Assembly: GCF_018977255.1 (NCBI RefSeq)
Contig: NW_024704742.1
Location: 77,874,001 to 77,938,000, forward strand
DNA: 64,000 nucleotides
Reading direction: 5' to 3'
Source: Callorhinchus milii
Lineage: Eukaryota
Positions 63,561 through 64,000 of this stretch are shown here, piece after piece. Made by a program: the position numbers and the translations under genes. Under the pieces are notes generated by a model, which was not told the origin of the DNA, made no database searches, and saw only the letters and a program-made list of their open reading frames with translations. How positions within the stretch are numbered: the stretch's first letter is position 1; each line of letters begins with the position of its first letter.

Positions 63561-64000
63561 ATATAAGATAGCATCTTGCATCGCAGAGGATCTCCTACCC
63601 TATCTTGTTAATGGTGTGGGTGCTCAGAGGAGAATGGGTGCACATTGCTCAGATGCATCACCAAGGCTTATTGGAGACCACGCCATAGCCTCCTGCCCCA
63701 CCATCTGCCCTATCCTGTAACAGGATAGGGATGGGAGGCCATGGCACAGGCTTCAAATAGACCAATACAATGCATCTGAGCCTGGGAGACCTATGCCTAA
63801 AGTCACCATTTCAGATAACTAATCGCTGAGCCCTTTCCTTGTAGTGACAAATTATCCAGTTTACTCTATTGTTTAGCATAAAGGCATCTTTAATAGTTAT
63901 GAGCAATTTGTGTCTGTATCAACAATGGGATTGTAGAATGCTAACCTGCTATCAGGATTATCCTCCAAATAATGCTACTCAGTTTACCATTAGTGTTGAG

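Overview
Eukaryotic, repeat-rich vertebrate genomic DNA. The SINE and LINE families and the relaxin sequence suggest a cartilaginous fish, probably a chimaera such as elephant shark (inference, not verified). Two spliced protein-coding genes lie on the + strand. (1) PLGRKT, plasminogen receptor KT: four coding exons (17107-17187, 46187-46317, 48396-48505, 49577-49698) join to 444 nt, or 147 aa plus stop, ending in the signature C-terminal Lys. A probable non-coding first exon ends at 3534 behind a GC-rich promoter. (2) A two-exon relaxin-family prohormone (51653-51839 + 55104-55435, 172 aa) lies about 2 kb downstream of the PLGRKT stop codon. Its position matches the RLN locus (PLGRKT-RLN-JAK2 synteny), but its B and A chains look like relaxin-3. 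The rest is mostly L2 and CR1 LINE relics, two generations of tRNA-headed Deu-domain SINEs with L2-type tails, several nested insertions, and three large simple-repeat or minisatellite arrays. Almost all long ORFs in the supplied track come from these repeats. I found no convincing new multi-gene system. The most interesting leads are the relaxin-3-like peptide at the RLN locus, the repeat expansions in and around both genes, SINE module shuffling, a possible poison exon, and two short strongly self-complementary segments.
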